Of a DNA stretch of 36,676 nucleotides, positions 26,921 to 35,826 are shown piece by piece (positions within the stretch are counted from its first letter, which is position 1; each line of letters begins with the position of its first letter). Under the pieces are notes generated by a model. That model saw only the letters and a list, made by a program, of their open reading frames with translations, was not told where the DNA came from and did no database searches. This DNA is from an uncultured Muribaculaceae bacterium (GTDB taxonomy: Bacteria > Bacillota_I > Bacilli_A > RF39 > UBA660): assembly GCA_964652065.1 (NCBI GenBank), contig CAZYZU010000002.1:1-36676 (forward strand). Direction: 5' to 3'. The position numbers and the translations under genes are program-made.

Positions 26921-27214
26921 ATGTACTTATCATTTAGAAATTTTTTTGGTATTGCAGTCAAAAGTTTATTAATTACTTTATGTATTGCTTTGTGTTTTGG
27001 GTTAGTGATTATTAATTGTAATTTTGCAGAATATATATGTAAAATTACAAGTATTCCAAATAATCTTGCATTAACTGTTATGAGTCCTGGTTTTTATAAT
27101 GAAGTAGTTATTATTACTAGTGTATTTGAAATAGGATTTTTAGTTTATATTTGTAATAAACTTCTTAAGTATCCTAAAATAAATGAATTGTACGAAAGAA
27201 TCTATTATTTATAA
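26921..27214 (+). CDS. small polytopic membrane protein (unknown; immunity candidate)
   Basis: 97 aa with 2-3 hydrophobic helices. RBS AGAGGTGA. Confidence 0.5.
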   Translation: MYLSFRNFFGIAVKSLLITLCIALCFGLVIINCNFAEYICKITSIPNNLALTVMSPGFYNEVVIITSVFEIGFLVYICNKLLKYPKINELYERIYYL

Positions 27215-27299
27215 ATATTATTAGTTAATATTGTTTACATATCGTAGTTTTAAATATATAATAGAAAACTACTAGCGAAAAGTATTGGAAGGTTATAAT

Positions 27300-27659
27300 A
27301 TGAATAATGAAGAATATGAAATGTTTTTTAATTTAATTGCAGTATTAGAAAAAGAAAAGAGAATAAATAAAAAATTTTACAATTCACCAGATACCAAATT
27401 TATTAAAAAAAATGAATTTGTTCTTTCTAATGATGTAAAAAAGGGATTAATATTATTTGAGTATAAAAGATATTTTTTATTAGATATTTATATAAGTGAT
27501 AGTAACAATATCTTAAATGGTCTATTAAACCTTAAAATAGAATCAAAAGAAGATGCAGAAATAGAATATAATAATTACATAGAATATGTAGAAAAAACAA
27601 GTGTCTTGCAGATAATGAAAAATAAAATAGAAAAAAATAATCAACCCCTTATAAAATAA
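27300..27659 (+). CDS. hypothetical protein
   Basis: About 119 aa from ATG 27300. No family recognised. Confidence 0.45.
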   Translation: MNNEEYEMFFNLIAVLEKEKRINKKFYNSPDTKFIKKNEFVLSNDVKKGLILFEYKRYFLLDIYISDSNNILNGLLNLKIESKEDAEIEYNNYIEYVEKTSVLQIMKNKIEKNNQPLIK

Positions 27660-27944
27660 GGACAAAACAAATAAAAAATCGAAAAAGTGCTTGAATTGGT
27701 ACTATAAGGTGTTTTTATTGTTCCAATATTATGCCTTAATTGGTACGAAAAAAGTGTTGATTTATCCTTGTCAAGTAGTATAATAATGTAAAATGAAATA
27801 AATGTGAGAAGAAAAAACACTTCTTGCATTTTTTTTGTTTAAAAAGTGTTGACAAGATAATCAAAAGAATATAAAATAAAAAATAATTTTATATGTAACT
27901 TTGATGGCAGTATTTTTCAAAGAACAATGTTGGGAGGAAACTCA

Positions 27945-28049
27945 ATGATATATGGGGATATTACTGCTTTTTTATTTAAAAATCTTAATGAACGATTAAT
28001 TGATTATCATGGATTTTCAACACCGATATTGAAAGAGAGATTGTTTTAG
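27945..28049 (+). CDS. 34-codon small ORF ending in the terminator stem
   Basis: MIYGDITAFLFKNLNERLIDYHGFSTPILKERLF. RBS GGGAGGA 6 nt upstream. Absent from the ORF track. Confidence 0.3.
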   Translation: MIYGDITAFLFKNLNERLIDYHGFSTPILKERLF

Positions 28050-28084
28050 GGACTTCTAGCCCCCAAAATTGTCTCTCTTTTTTC
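28032..28084 (+). terminator. long-stem intrinsic terminator/attenuator before the ArpU-like gene
   Basis: 16-bp stem AAAGAGAGATTGTTTT/AAAATTGTCTCTCTTT with one mismatch, 17-nt loop, then TTTT. The RBS and ATG 28101 follow immediately. Confidence 0.65.
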
Positions 28085-28100
28085 GTAGGAGGGTAAGGTT

Positions 28101-28556
28101 ATGGAAATATTATTACGAAAAGAAACAATAAGAGAGTTTGATGTAACATCATGTAAGGAGAATTTAGAAAAAATAATAACAGAGTATATTAAAGCAAAAT
28201 ACAGTTATATAAATATTAAAAAGCAGGGAGAAGAATATTACAATTCATCATCTGGTGTTAATTATGATTATAGACCTGAATGTTTTACTATTAAATATAG
28301 TGATAGAGTTGCTAATAAGATTGGTTTTAAAATAGATAATGAAAGAGAAGCAATAGAAGTAGGATATAAAATCAATGAATTATATAAAAAGTTTACTGAC
28401 GGAGAAAGAGATTTCTTTGATATTATTTTGCTTAATGGTAATGCTCAAAAATTTGTAGAAGATAAATACAGATTATCCAAACATGGTCTTGAGCCAATAA
28501 AACAAAGTTGTATAGTAAAATCAGCACTTCATTTTGGAGTTGCAGTTTATAGATAA
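28101..28556 (+). CDS. possible ArpU-family / sigma region-4-like transcriptional regulator
   Basis: 151 aa. Size, position and the C-terminal helix-rich segment (ERDFFDIILLNG...YRLSKHGLEPIKQSCIVKSALHFG) resemble phage ArpU regulators. Weak call. Confidence 0.3.
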   Translation: MEILLRKETIREFDVTSCKENLEKIITEYIKAKYSYINIKKQGEEYYNSSSGVNYDYRPECFTIKYSDRVANKIGFKIDNEREAIEVGYKINELYKKFTDGERDFFDIILLNGNAQKFVEDKYRLSKHGLEPIKQSCIVKSALHFGVAVYR

Positions 28557-28810
28557 TATTTCCATAGGGGCTTTATGCTCCTTTTATTTTGGAACAATTT
28601 ATGAGTTTATAGGGATCTCATTGTCAAAAAACTATGAAAGGAATGATTAAAAATGATGCAATTTATTTTAAAAATACCATAAATTAGTTTTTTTATTAAA
28701 AAACGCTTGCAAAAATCATGTTTTTAAGTGATTAATATATTAGAAGAAATATCTTATATAAAGCCATTTAAACGGCATATTTCAAATGTTAAGTTGGAGG
28801 TTGATAAGTT

Positions 28811-30802
28811 ATGAGCAAAAAAAGAAAGCGATTGTTATATTTGATTATTTTAGTTCTATTTTTTTTAATTATAATAGTATCTTTTATTTTTATTAATAAT
28901 ATAAAAAATAATAATAAAGATGTTAATGAATTAAATTCAGAACAAGAAGTTGAAAATGTTAAAGAAAGCAAAGAAGATGATGATGAACAAATAATAGAAG
29001 ATAAGGAAGATAAAATAGATGATGTTAATGAAACATCTGATGGCACTTCAAAGAACAATAGTAATAATGGTTCATCAAGTAATTATAATGTTACTACTGA
29101 TTCAACAAACAATACTTCTTCAAATAATAATAAAGTAACTCCACAATCTCCGCCTAATAATGATGAAACAATAAAAAAAGAAGAACCAGTACAACAAGCA
29201 CCACAAGAAGATTTAAGTAAGGTTGCAAATCCAAATGATTTCTTCTATTCAATAACTGGTGGTAAAGTAGAGTTTAACTCTAATACTGGTTGTATGTCAG
29301 CAGGAGATGAAATAGCACTTATAGATGTTGTTGATGTACAGTATTATAGATGCTATGAAGTATCATCAAAAGCAAATACTATTATGGGTTATTTCCTAAA
29401 TGTATTTTGTGCAAGTGGAAAAATAAAAGTTGTAATTGTAAAAAACTTATCTCGTTTAGGTAGAAGTAATTTTGAATGTGGTTATTATATGGATTATTAT
29501 TTTCCATCAGCCAATGTTAGATTTATGACTGTTCAAGAAGAAGTTGATACAAATGATGCATATAGTAGTAACAATGAATATGCACCTTTAAACAATTTTA
29601 TGAATGAAAAATATTCACGAGATTTATCAAAGAATATAAAAAATTCTAAAAGAGTAAAACAAAAAGCAGGGGAATATATTGGTAGCAATAATTCTCCATA
29701 TGGTTATAAAAAGGATCCTGCTGATAAACACCATCTAATAATAGATGAATATTCATCAACTATAGTTAAAAAGATATATGAATGGTATTTAGAAACAGGT
29801 TCTCAGGGAGAAGTTAGAAAAAGATTGTTTGAAAATAAAATTCCAACACCTGCTATATATCGCAATTATAAAACTATGACAGAAAAATTAAATAATCCAT
29901 ATCAATGGTCTGGAAGAACTATTAGATATATTTTAACAAGTCAAATGTATATTGGTAATATGGAACAACACAAGTATGAGAAAAAAAGTTTTAGAAGTAA
30001 AAAACTTTCTAGAGTTCCTAAGGAAAAATGGATTATAGTAGAAAATAAACATGAACCTATTATTGATAAAGATACATGGGATAAAGTTCAAAATATGATT
30101 AAAAACAATTATAAGCGGGCATCTACAAGACCACCAGAGTTATTTACAGGTATGCTTATATGTCATGAATGTAAACATAGAATGAGTATATCTACTAGAG
30201 ATAAAATTGGAAAAGATGGTACTTTTTATCATCATCAATACACCCAGTGCAATTATTATAGAAAAAATAGGAATTTAGGGGTTTGTTCTCTTCACTCAAC
30301 AAATTATTTAGAACTTGAAAAAGATGTTTTAAAGAAAATTGATGAGATTTGCAATAAATTTATAAAACTAATTAGTTATCAAAAAGTTACTAATGGAACA
30401 AAAATGGAAATGAGTTCTTATGAAAGAATATTAAATGAAAAAATTATTAAATTAGAATTTAATTTATCAAAAATTGATTGTCAAATTGAAAAATTATATA
30501 TGGATAGGTTGAATGATGTTATTTCAGTAGACACATATCAAAAAATATCTGCTAAATTTGAAACTGAAAAGGAACAATTAAAAACAACTCTAGAAGAAAT
30601 GAAAAATACATATATTCAATATCAACAAGATAATAATCAACAAACAATTTTATCAGCAAAAGAATTATCGGAAATGTATATAAAGCATAGAAAGAAACTT
30701 GATAGAGAATTGATAATGAAAATAGTAGATAGAATAGAAATACATGAAGATAAAAGTATAGATTTATTTCTAAAAATTAAGCCATTAGAACAGTTAATGT
30801 GA
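28811..30802 (+). CDS. chimeric ORF: TM/low-complexity exported-protein N-terminus fused to a large serine recombinase lacking the catalytic-Ser segment
   Basis: From about aa 203: GKIKVVIVKNLSRLGRSNFE, FMNEKYSRDLSKNIKNSKRVK, PYGYKKDPADKHHLIIDE, zinc ribbon CHECKHRM...CNYY..C, coiled coil. The first ~200 aa are unrelated (TM helix, D/E- and N/S-rich tracts). Confidence 0.8.
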   Translation: MSKKRKRLLYLIILVLFFLIIIVSFIFINNIKNNNKDVNELNSEQEVENVKESKEDDDEQIIEDKEDKIDDVNETSDGTSKNNSNNGSSSNYNVTTDSTNNTSSNNNKVTPQSPPNNDETIKKEEPVQQAPQEDLSKVANPNDFFYSITGGKVEFNSNTGCMSAGDEIALIDVVDVQYYRCYEVSSKANTIMGYFLNVFCASGKIKVVIVKNLSRLGRSNFECGYYMDYYFPSANVRFMTVQEEVDTNDAYSSNNEYAPLNNFMNEKYSRDLSKNIKNSKRVKQKAGEYIGSNNSPYGYKKDPADKHHLIIDEYSSTIVKKIYEWYLETGSQGEVRKRLFENKIPTPAIYRNYKTMTEKLNNPYQWSGRTIRYILTSQMYIGNMEQHKYEKKSFRSKKLSRVPKEKWIIVENKHEPIIDKDTWDKVQNMIKNNYKRASTRPPELFTGMLICHECKHRMSISTRDKIGKDGTFYHHQYTQCNYYRKNRNLGVCSLHSTNYLELEKDVLKKIDEICNKFIKLISYQKVTNGTKMEMSSYERILNEKIIKLEFNLSKIDCQIEKLYMDRLNDVISVDTYQKISAKFETEKEQLKTTLEEMKNTYIQYQQDNNQQTILSAKELSEMYIKHRKKLDRELIMKIVDRIEIHEDKSIDLFLKIKPLEQLM

Positions 30803-30817
30803 TGTATGATTATGATG

Positions 30818-30836
30818 TGTACCAAATGGTTTCGTG
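30818..30836 (+). repeat. right terminal arm (attR, element side)
   Basis: TGTACCAAATGGTTTCGTG. Its reverse complement CACGAAACCATTTGGTACA matches the left arm (outer 8/8, then 6/9). Confidence 0.7.
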
Positions 30837-32558
30837 AAAATTACTCCTGCACATGATCCTAATGACTTTGAAGTTGGTAATAGACATAATTTAGAACGTG
30901 TAGTTGTTATGAATAAAGATGCTACTATGAATGAAGCTGCAGGTAAATATTGTGGAATGAGTCGTGAAGAATGTCGCAAGGCTTTACTTAAAGATTTAAG
31001 TGATGCTGATTTACTTATAAAAGAAGAAAAAATGGTTCATAGTGTAGGTCACTCTGAAAGAAGTAATGCTGTTGTTGAACCATATCTTTCTAAGCAATGG
31101 TTTGTTAAGATGAGACCTTTAGCAGATAGAGTATTAGAAAATCAAAAAAACAAGGATACTAAAGTTAATTTTGTACCTCCTAGATATGAAAAAACTATGA
31201 ATCACTGGATGACTATTACTTATGATTGGTGTATTTCTCGTCAGCTTTGGTGGGGACATAGAATTCCTGCTTGGTATAAGGATGATGAAGTTAAGGTTCA
31301 AGTTGAAAATCCTGGGGAAGGTTGGGTACAAGATACTGATGTATTAGACACTTGGTTTAGTAGTGCTTTATGGCCATTCTCATCACTTGGTTGGCCAAAT
31401 GATATGAGTTTAGTTAATAGATATTATCCTACTAATGTTTTAGTAACTGGATATGATATTATTCCATTTTGGGTTAATCGTATGACTTTCCAAGGCTTAG
31501 AATTTACAAATACTATACCTTTTAAGGATTGCTTAATTCATGGACTTATCAGGGATAAAATAGGCCGTAAAATGAGTAAGAGTTTAGGTAATGGAGTAGA
31601 TCCAATGGATGTTATTGATAAATATGGATGTGATTCCTTAAGATACTTTTTAACTACTAACTCGGCACCTGGAGCTGATCTTCGTTATGATGAAGAAAAG
31701 ATAAAATCTAGTTGGAATTTTATCAATAAATTATGGAATGCATCTCGTTTTGTACTTATGAATATAGAAGATTTAAATGATGGTTCTATAGATAAAAATT
31801 TATTAACTATTTCTGATAAATGGATATTAACTCGTAAAAATCTACTTATAAAAAGTATAATTAAAAGTATGGATAAATATAATTTCCATAATGTTGGTAA
31901 TGAATTATATAAGTTTATTTGGGAAGATTTCTGTGATTCATATATCGAACTTTCTAAATCTAATATGAGTCTTAATACAAAAAAAGTTTTACTTAATGTA
32001 TTAACTGATATTTTAAAACTTCTTCATCCATTTATGCCTTATGTTACAGAAGAAATTTATAAAATGTTACCTATAAAAGAAAAAGAATCTATTATGATTA
32101 CAACATATCCAGAATATAATAGGGAATATGTATTTATGAGTGATGAAGATATGCTTTCTAAAGTATTAGAAGATATCGTTGCGATAAGAAATGTTAAAGC
32201 AGTTAATAAAATTGGAAAAGATGCTTTAGTTAACTTTACTTGTAGTGAAGAATTGATTCCTATTTATGCGTCTCAATTAAAAATAAAAGAAGAAAATTTA
32301 TGTAGTGATGATCCAGATAATAAAGTTACTACAAATTATAAATCTAAATATATTGATATTACTTATTTCTTTGATGAAGAAATAGTTGATCAAGATGCTT
32401 TATTAGAAGAGATTAAAAAATTAGAACAATCAATTGAAAGACGTAAGAAATTACTTTCAAATGAAAATTATGTTAATAAAGCTCCTAGTAATGTAGTAGA
32501 AGCTGATCGTAAAAAGTTAGCTGAAGAAGAAGAAAAGTTAGAATTATTAAAAAAATAG
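30834..32558 (+). pseudogene. valS: 3' fragment of bacterial-type valS (native codons 271-842)
   Basis: [44 protein letters not shown]-terminal coiled coil. No RBS before the GTG. Confidence 0.9.
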
Positions 32559-32622
32559 TTCTAATCTTTTTTTTTCGACAATTTATTTTCTTTTAGTTTG
32601 TTAATCTATTAGTGGTGATAAT

Positions 32623-33072
32623 ATGAGAAAGACATTAATTTTTATGACAATAGCTATAATATTAGGAAGTATATGTGGAAAAGTTTTATTTACAAAATAT
32701 AAGGATACTAGTTTAGTTTTTAATGAATCAAAAAAATTGTTTTTTTTACAAGAGGGTGTTTATTCATCGAATGAATCTCTTGATTCAAATACTAAGAATA
32801 TTAATCCAAAATTAATAATTCCAAATAAAGGTAAGTATTATGTTTATGTTGGTATAACAGGTAACATTAATAACGCTAATAAAATTAAAAATATTTATAA
32901 AGACAAGGGATATTCTATATATGAGAAATCGATTGAGGTTGATGATATTGAATTTATTAATAATATAGAACAGTTTGATCTCTTAATTGATAGTGCAAGT
33001 AGTAATGATGATATTTCAACAATTGAAGAAGTTGTTTTAGCAAGTTACGAAGATGTATTAAAAAATATTTAA
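32623..33072 (+). CDS. membrane-anchored protein with SPOR-like domain
   Basis: N-terminal TM. KYYVYVGITGNINNANKIKNIYKDKGYSIYEK resembles a SPOR repeat. Confidence 0.4.
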   Translation: MRKTLIFMTIAIILGSICGKVLFTKYKDTSLVFNESKKLFFLQEGVYSSNESLDSNTKNINPKLIIPNKGKYYVYVGITGNINNANKIKNIYKDKGYSIYEKSIEVDDIEFINNIEQFDLLIDSASSNDDISTIEEVVLASYEDVLKNI

Positions 33073-33110
33073 AAATTATATAAACCTCAAATAATATATT
33101 GAGGTGAATT

Positions 33111-33797
33111 ATGAAATTAAAAGAAATACCAAAAAACGAAAGACCTAGAGAAAGATTAATTAATGATGGTGCAGATAAATTAAGTAATGAGGAATTAATA
33201 GCTATCATTTTAAAAAATGGTACTAAAAATAAATCTGTAAAAGAATTATCTTTAGAAATATTAAGAGAATACAAAAATATAAATAATTTAAAAAATATTA
33301 GTATAGAAAAATTACAAAGTATTAAAGGTATTGGAATGGTAAAAGCAATTGAATTAGTAGCGGTAATAGAGTTAGGTAAAAGAATATTTTTATCAAATAA
33401 TATATCTAATAATAAAAGATTGCTTTCTTCAAAAGAAATATGGGAAGATACAAAATATTTATTTAATGGAAAAAAGCAAGAATATTTCTATTGTTTATAT
33501 TTTAATAATAAACAGGAATTAATTGAAAGGAAATTACTATTTATGGGAACAATTAATAGAAGTGTTGTACATCCTAGAGAAGTGTTTAAAGAAGCATATT
33601 TACAAAGCGCATCAAATATTATATGTATGCATAATCATCCGTCTGGAGATGTTACTCCAAGTAGGGAAGATATTAATTTTACAAGGAATTTAGTTGAAAT
33701 AGGTAGAATGCAGGGAATACCTGTTATTGATCACATAATTGTTAGTGATAATAGTTATTATAGTTTTTATGAAAATAAAAATAATTTTATGATTTAA
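33111..33797 (+). CDS. radC: RadC-family JAB/MPN domain protein
   Basis: HhH region IKGIGMVKAIEL and HNHPSGDVTPSREDI JAMM motif. Confidence 0.9.
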   Translation: MKLKEIPKNERPRERLINDGADKLSNEELIAIILKNGTKNKSVKELSLEILREYKNINNLKNISIEKLQSIKGIGMVKAIELVAVIELGKRIFLSNNISNNKRLLSSKEIWEDTKYLFNGKKQEYFYCLYFNNKQELIERKLLFMGTINRSVVHPREVFKEAYLQSASNIICMHNHPSGDVTPSREDINFTRNLVEIGRMQGIPVIDHIIVSDNSYYSFYENKNNFMI

Positions 33798-33858
33798 ACA
33801 TTGTATCTAATATAGTTTTATATTATAATAATTAGGAAATGAAAGATGGTGGATAATA

Positions 33859-34650
33859 ATGTATAAAAAGAAAAAGCAAAGAAAAAAAATAATTATTTTT
33901 ATTAGTTGTATATTAGTTTTTTTACTTTTATTTGCATCAGTTTCATTAAATAGAAATTATGGTTTTATAGAATCTGGTTTAAAAAGTGTTTCTATGTTTT
34001 TTAATAAAGTTGTTATGTATCCATTTACTGTTTTAAATCCAGATAAGAACCAAGATTTATCTCAAAGTTATGTAATTCAAAAAAATGTAAATAGTTCTTT
34101 GGAACAAGAAATAAAAGAATTAAAAGAAGCATTAAAATTAAATGAAACATTAACTGAATATGATACAGTTGTTGCGACTGTTTTATCTAGAAATAAAAGT
34201 TATTGGTTTAATACTGTAACAATAGATAAAGGAAAATCTGCTGGAATTAGTAAAGATATGGTTGTTGTTACTAAAAATGGTTTAGTGGGTAAAATTGATA
34301 AAGTAAGTAGAAATTCAAGTGAGGTTAAACTTATAACAAGTGATGATATTAACTATAAGGTTTCTGTATCTATTTCTACAGCAAGTGGTGATACTTACGC
34401 AATATTAAATGGTTATGATAATAAAACTGGTTTATTAAAGGTAACTGGTGTTGATAAAATGTATGATCTATCAGAAAATGATACTGTTGTTACTAGTGGT
34501 CTTGGAGGTAAGGAACCACGAGGTATTTATATTGGTACTGTAAAGAAAATAACTTCTGATAAATATAATCTTAGTAAAACATTGTATTTACAAACAGGAC
34601 AAGATTTTGAAAAAATTCATTATTTAACTGTTTTAAAGGAGAAAGTGTAA
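33859..34650 (+). CDS. mreC: rod shape-determining protein MreC
   Basis: TM anchor, coiled coil, beta-rich core (VVTKNGLVGKIDKV...VVTSGLGG..PRGIYIGTV). Followed by mreD. Confidence 0.85.
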   Translation: MYKKKKQRKKIIIFISCILVFLLLFASVSLNRNYGFIESGLKSVSMFFNKVVMYPFTVLNPDKNQDLSQSYVIQKNVNSSLEQEIKELKEALKLNETLTEYDTVVATVLSRNKSYWFNTVTIDKGKSAGISKDMVVVTKNGLVGKIDKVSRNSSEVKLITSDDINYKVSVSISTASGDTYAILNGYDNKTGLLKVTGVDKMYDLSENDTVVTSGLGGKEPRGIYIGTVKKITSDKYNLSKTLYLQTGQDFEKIHYLTVLKEKV

Positions 34651-35159
34651 TGTTTATAAGTATTGTTATTTTGATTATATCCTTTCTTTTAGATGGAATT
34701 CTTACTAACTTTTTACCTTATGGAGTAGGTAATTTATCTTTGTTTACTCCACTTACAACTATAGTTGCTATTGTATTGATTTATAATTTTTTCTATCATA
34801 ATGAAAAAAAATATTTAATTATTTCATTTGTTACGGGAATTATTTATGATTTATTTTACACAGATTTATTATTTTTAGATGGAATATTATTTTTTATAAT
34901 TGCTTTTATGGTTATAAAACTATATAAAGTTATTGGATTTAATTATGTAAGAATTTTACTTCATGTTTTTGTAGCGATTGTTGTTTATGAAATTAGTTTT
35001 TCTTTAATAATTATTATATTTAATTTAGTTCCTATGACAATTGATCGTTTATTATATAAGATTAGTCATAGTTTAATATTAAATTTAATATATGCTGAGA
35101 TTGTTATGTTTATTATTAATAGGTTACCTAAAAAGTATAAAAGAATTAGACTTAATTAA
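34650..35159 (+). CDS. mreD: rod shape-determining protein MreD
   Basis: 169-aa polytopic membrane protein. Start overlaps the mreC stop (TAATG). Confidence 0.7.
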   Translation: MFISIVILIISFLLDGILTNFLPYGVGNLSLFTPLTTIVAIVLIYNFFYHNEKKYLIISFVTGIIYDLFYTDLLFLDGILFFIIAFMVIKLYKVIGFNYVRILLHVFVAIVVYEISFSLIIIIFNLVPMTIDRLLYKISHSLILNLIYAEIVMFIINRLPKKYKRIRLN

Positions 35160-35207
35160 GCATAATTCTTTTTTTTTGACATATTATTAGTTGAGGAGAA
35201 CAATAAT

Positions 35208-35798
35208 ATGAATGTAGAAGATTATAGAAAAAATAAAAAAGTAGTAAAGAAATTAACGTTGAAGAAGAGTGTAAAAAAATTTATAAGTAAGTGTTTAATA
35301 GTTGTGATTTTATTTTTAGCGGTTTTAATTGCTATGAAAAATAATCCATCATTTAAAAATAATATAATAAAGTATGTATATGAAGATAGTTTTAAATTTA
35401 CAAAATTAAAATCAATTTATGAAAAATATTTTGGTAAACTATTATCAATTGATAAGGTTGCTCCAAAAGAAGAGGCTGTTTTTAGTGAAAAAATATCTTA
35501 TAAAAAATCTAATACATATAAAGACGGTACAATGTTAACAGTTGCTAATAATTATATGGTTCCAACATTAGAAAGTGGAATAGTTGTTTTTATAGGTGAA
35601 AAAGAAGGTTATGGGAATACGGTTATTATAGAGCAAGTAGATGGAGTAGATGTTTGGTATTCAAATATAAAAATAGCTAATATAAAAATGTATGATTATA
35701 TTGAAAAAGGAAGCTTATTAGGAGAAGTTAATGGAGAAAAACTTTATATGGTATTTCAAAAAGATGGGAATTTTTTAAATTATAAAGAACATATCTAA
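35208..35798 (+). CDS. membrane-anchored degenerate M23/LytM-domain protein (SpoIVFA-like)
   Basis: GIVVFIGEKEGYGNTVIIEQVDGVDVWYSNI..GSLLGEV: LytM fold with the metal-binding His residues replaced. Confidence 0.6.
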   Translation: MNVEDYRKNKKVVKKLTLKKSVKKFISKCLIVVILFLAVLIAMKNNPSFKNNIIKYVYEDSFKFTKLKSIYEKYFGKLLSIDKVAPKEEAVFSEKISYKKSNTYKDGTMLTVANNYMVPTLESGIVVFIGEKEGYGNTVIIEQVDGVDVWYSNIKIANIKMYDYIEKGSLLGEVNGEKLYMVFQKDGNFLNYKEHI

Positions 35799-35826
35799 AT
35801 ATTTTTATATAAGTCCTTTATTTATA

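Larger units (their letters stand above)
18832..30840 (+). mobile_element. ~12.0-kb serine-recombinase integrative element inserted in valS
   Basis: Precise interruption of valS. AAAA occurs at both junctions (18828-31 and 30837-40). Imperfect inverted terminal arms. Recombinase gene abuts the right end. Confidence 0.85.

Noticed and set aside
27688-27746. Two AATTGGTAC copies sharing the TTGGTAC heptamer with the att arms, as possible internal recombinase sites
   Set aside because: A 7-mer is expected several times by chance in 36 kb on both strands, and the similarity does not extend into the flanking bases.
27641-27829. 62-aa minus-strand ORF with a hydrophobic N-terminus in the element's intergenic hub
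   Set aside because: I could not identify an RBS. It overlaps the promoter-like repeats and the 3' end of the preceding gene. It is kept only as a remote possibility.
29340-29375. YYRCYEVSSKAN as a remnant of the catalytic AxYxRxS motif of the serine recombinase
   Set aside because: It lies only ~26 residues before the LSRLGR block, where ~65-75 are expected. It also lacks the following SIxxQ segment. It is probably a fortuitous resemblance, and even if real it would imply a disabling internal deletion.
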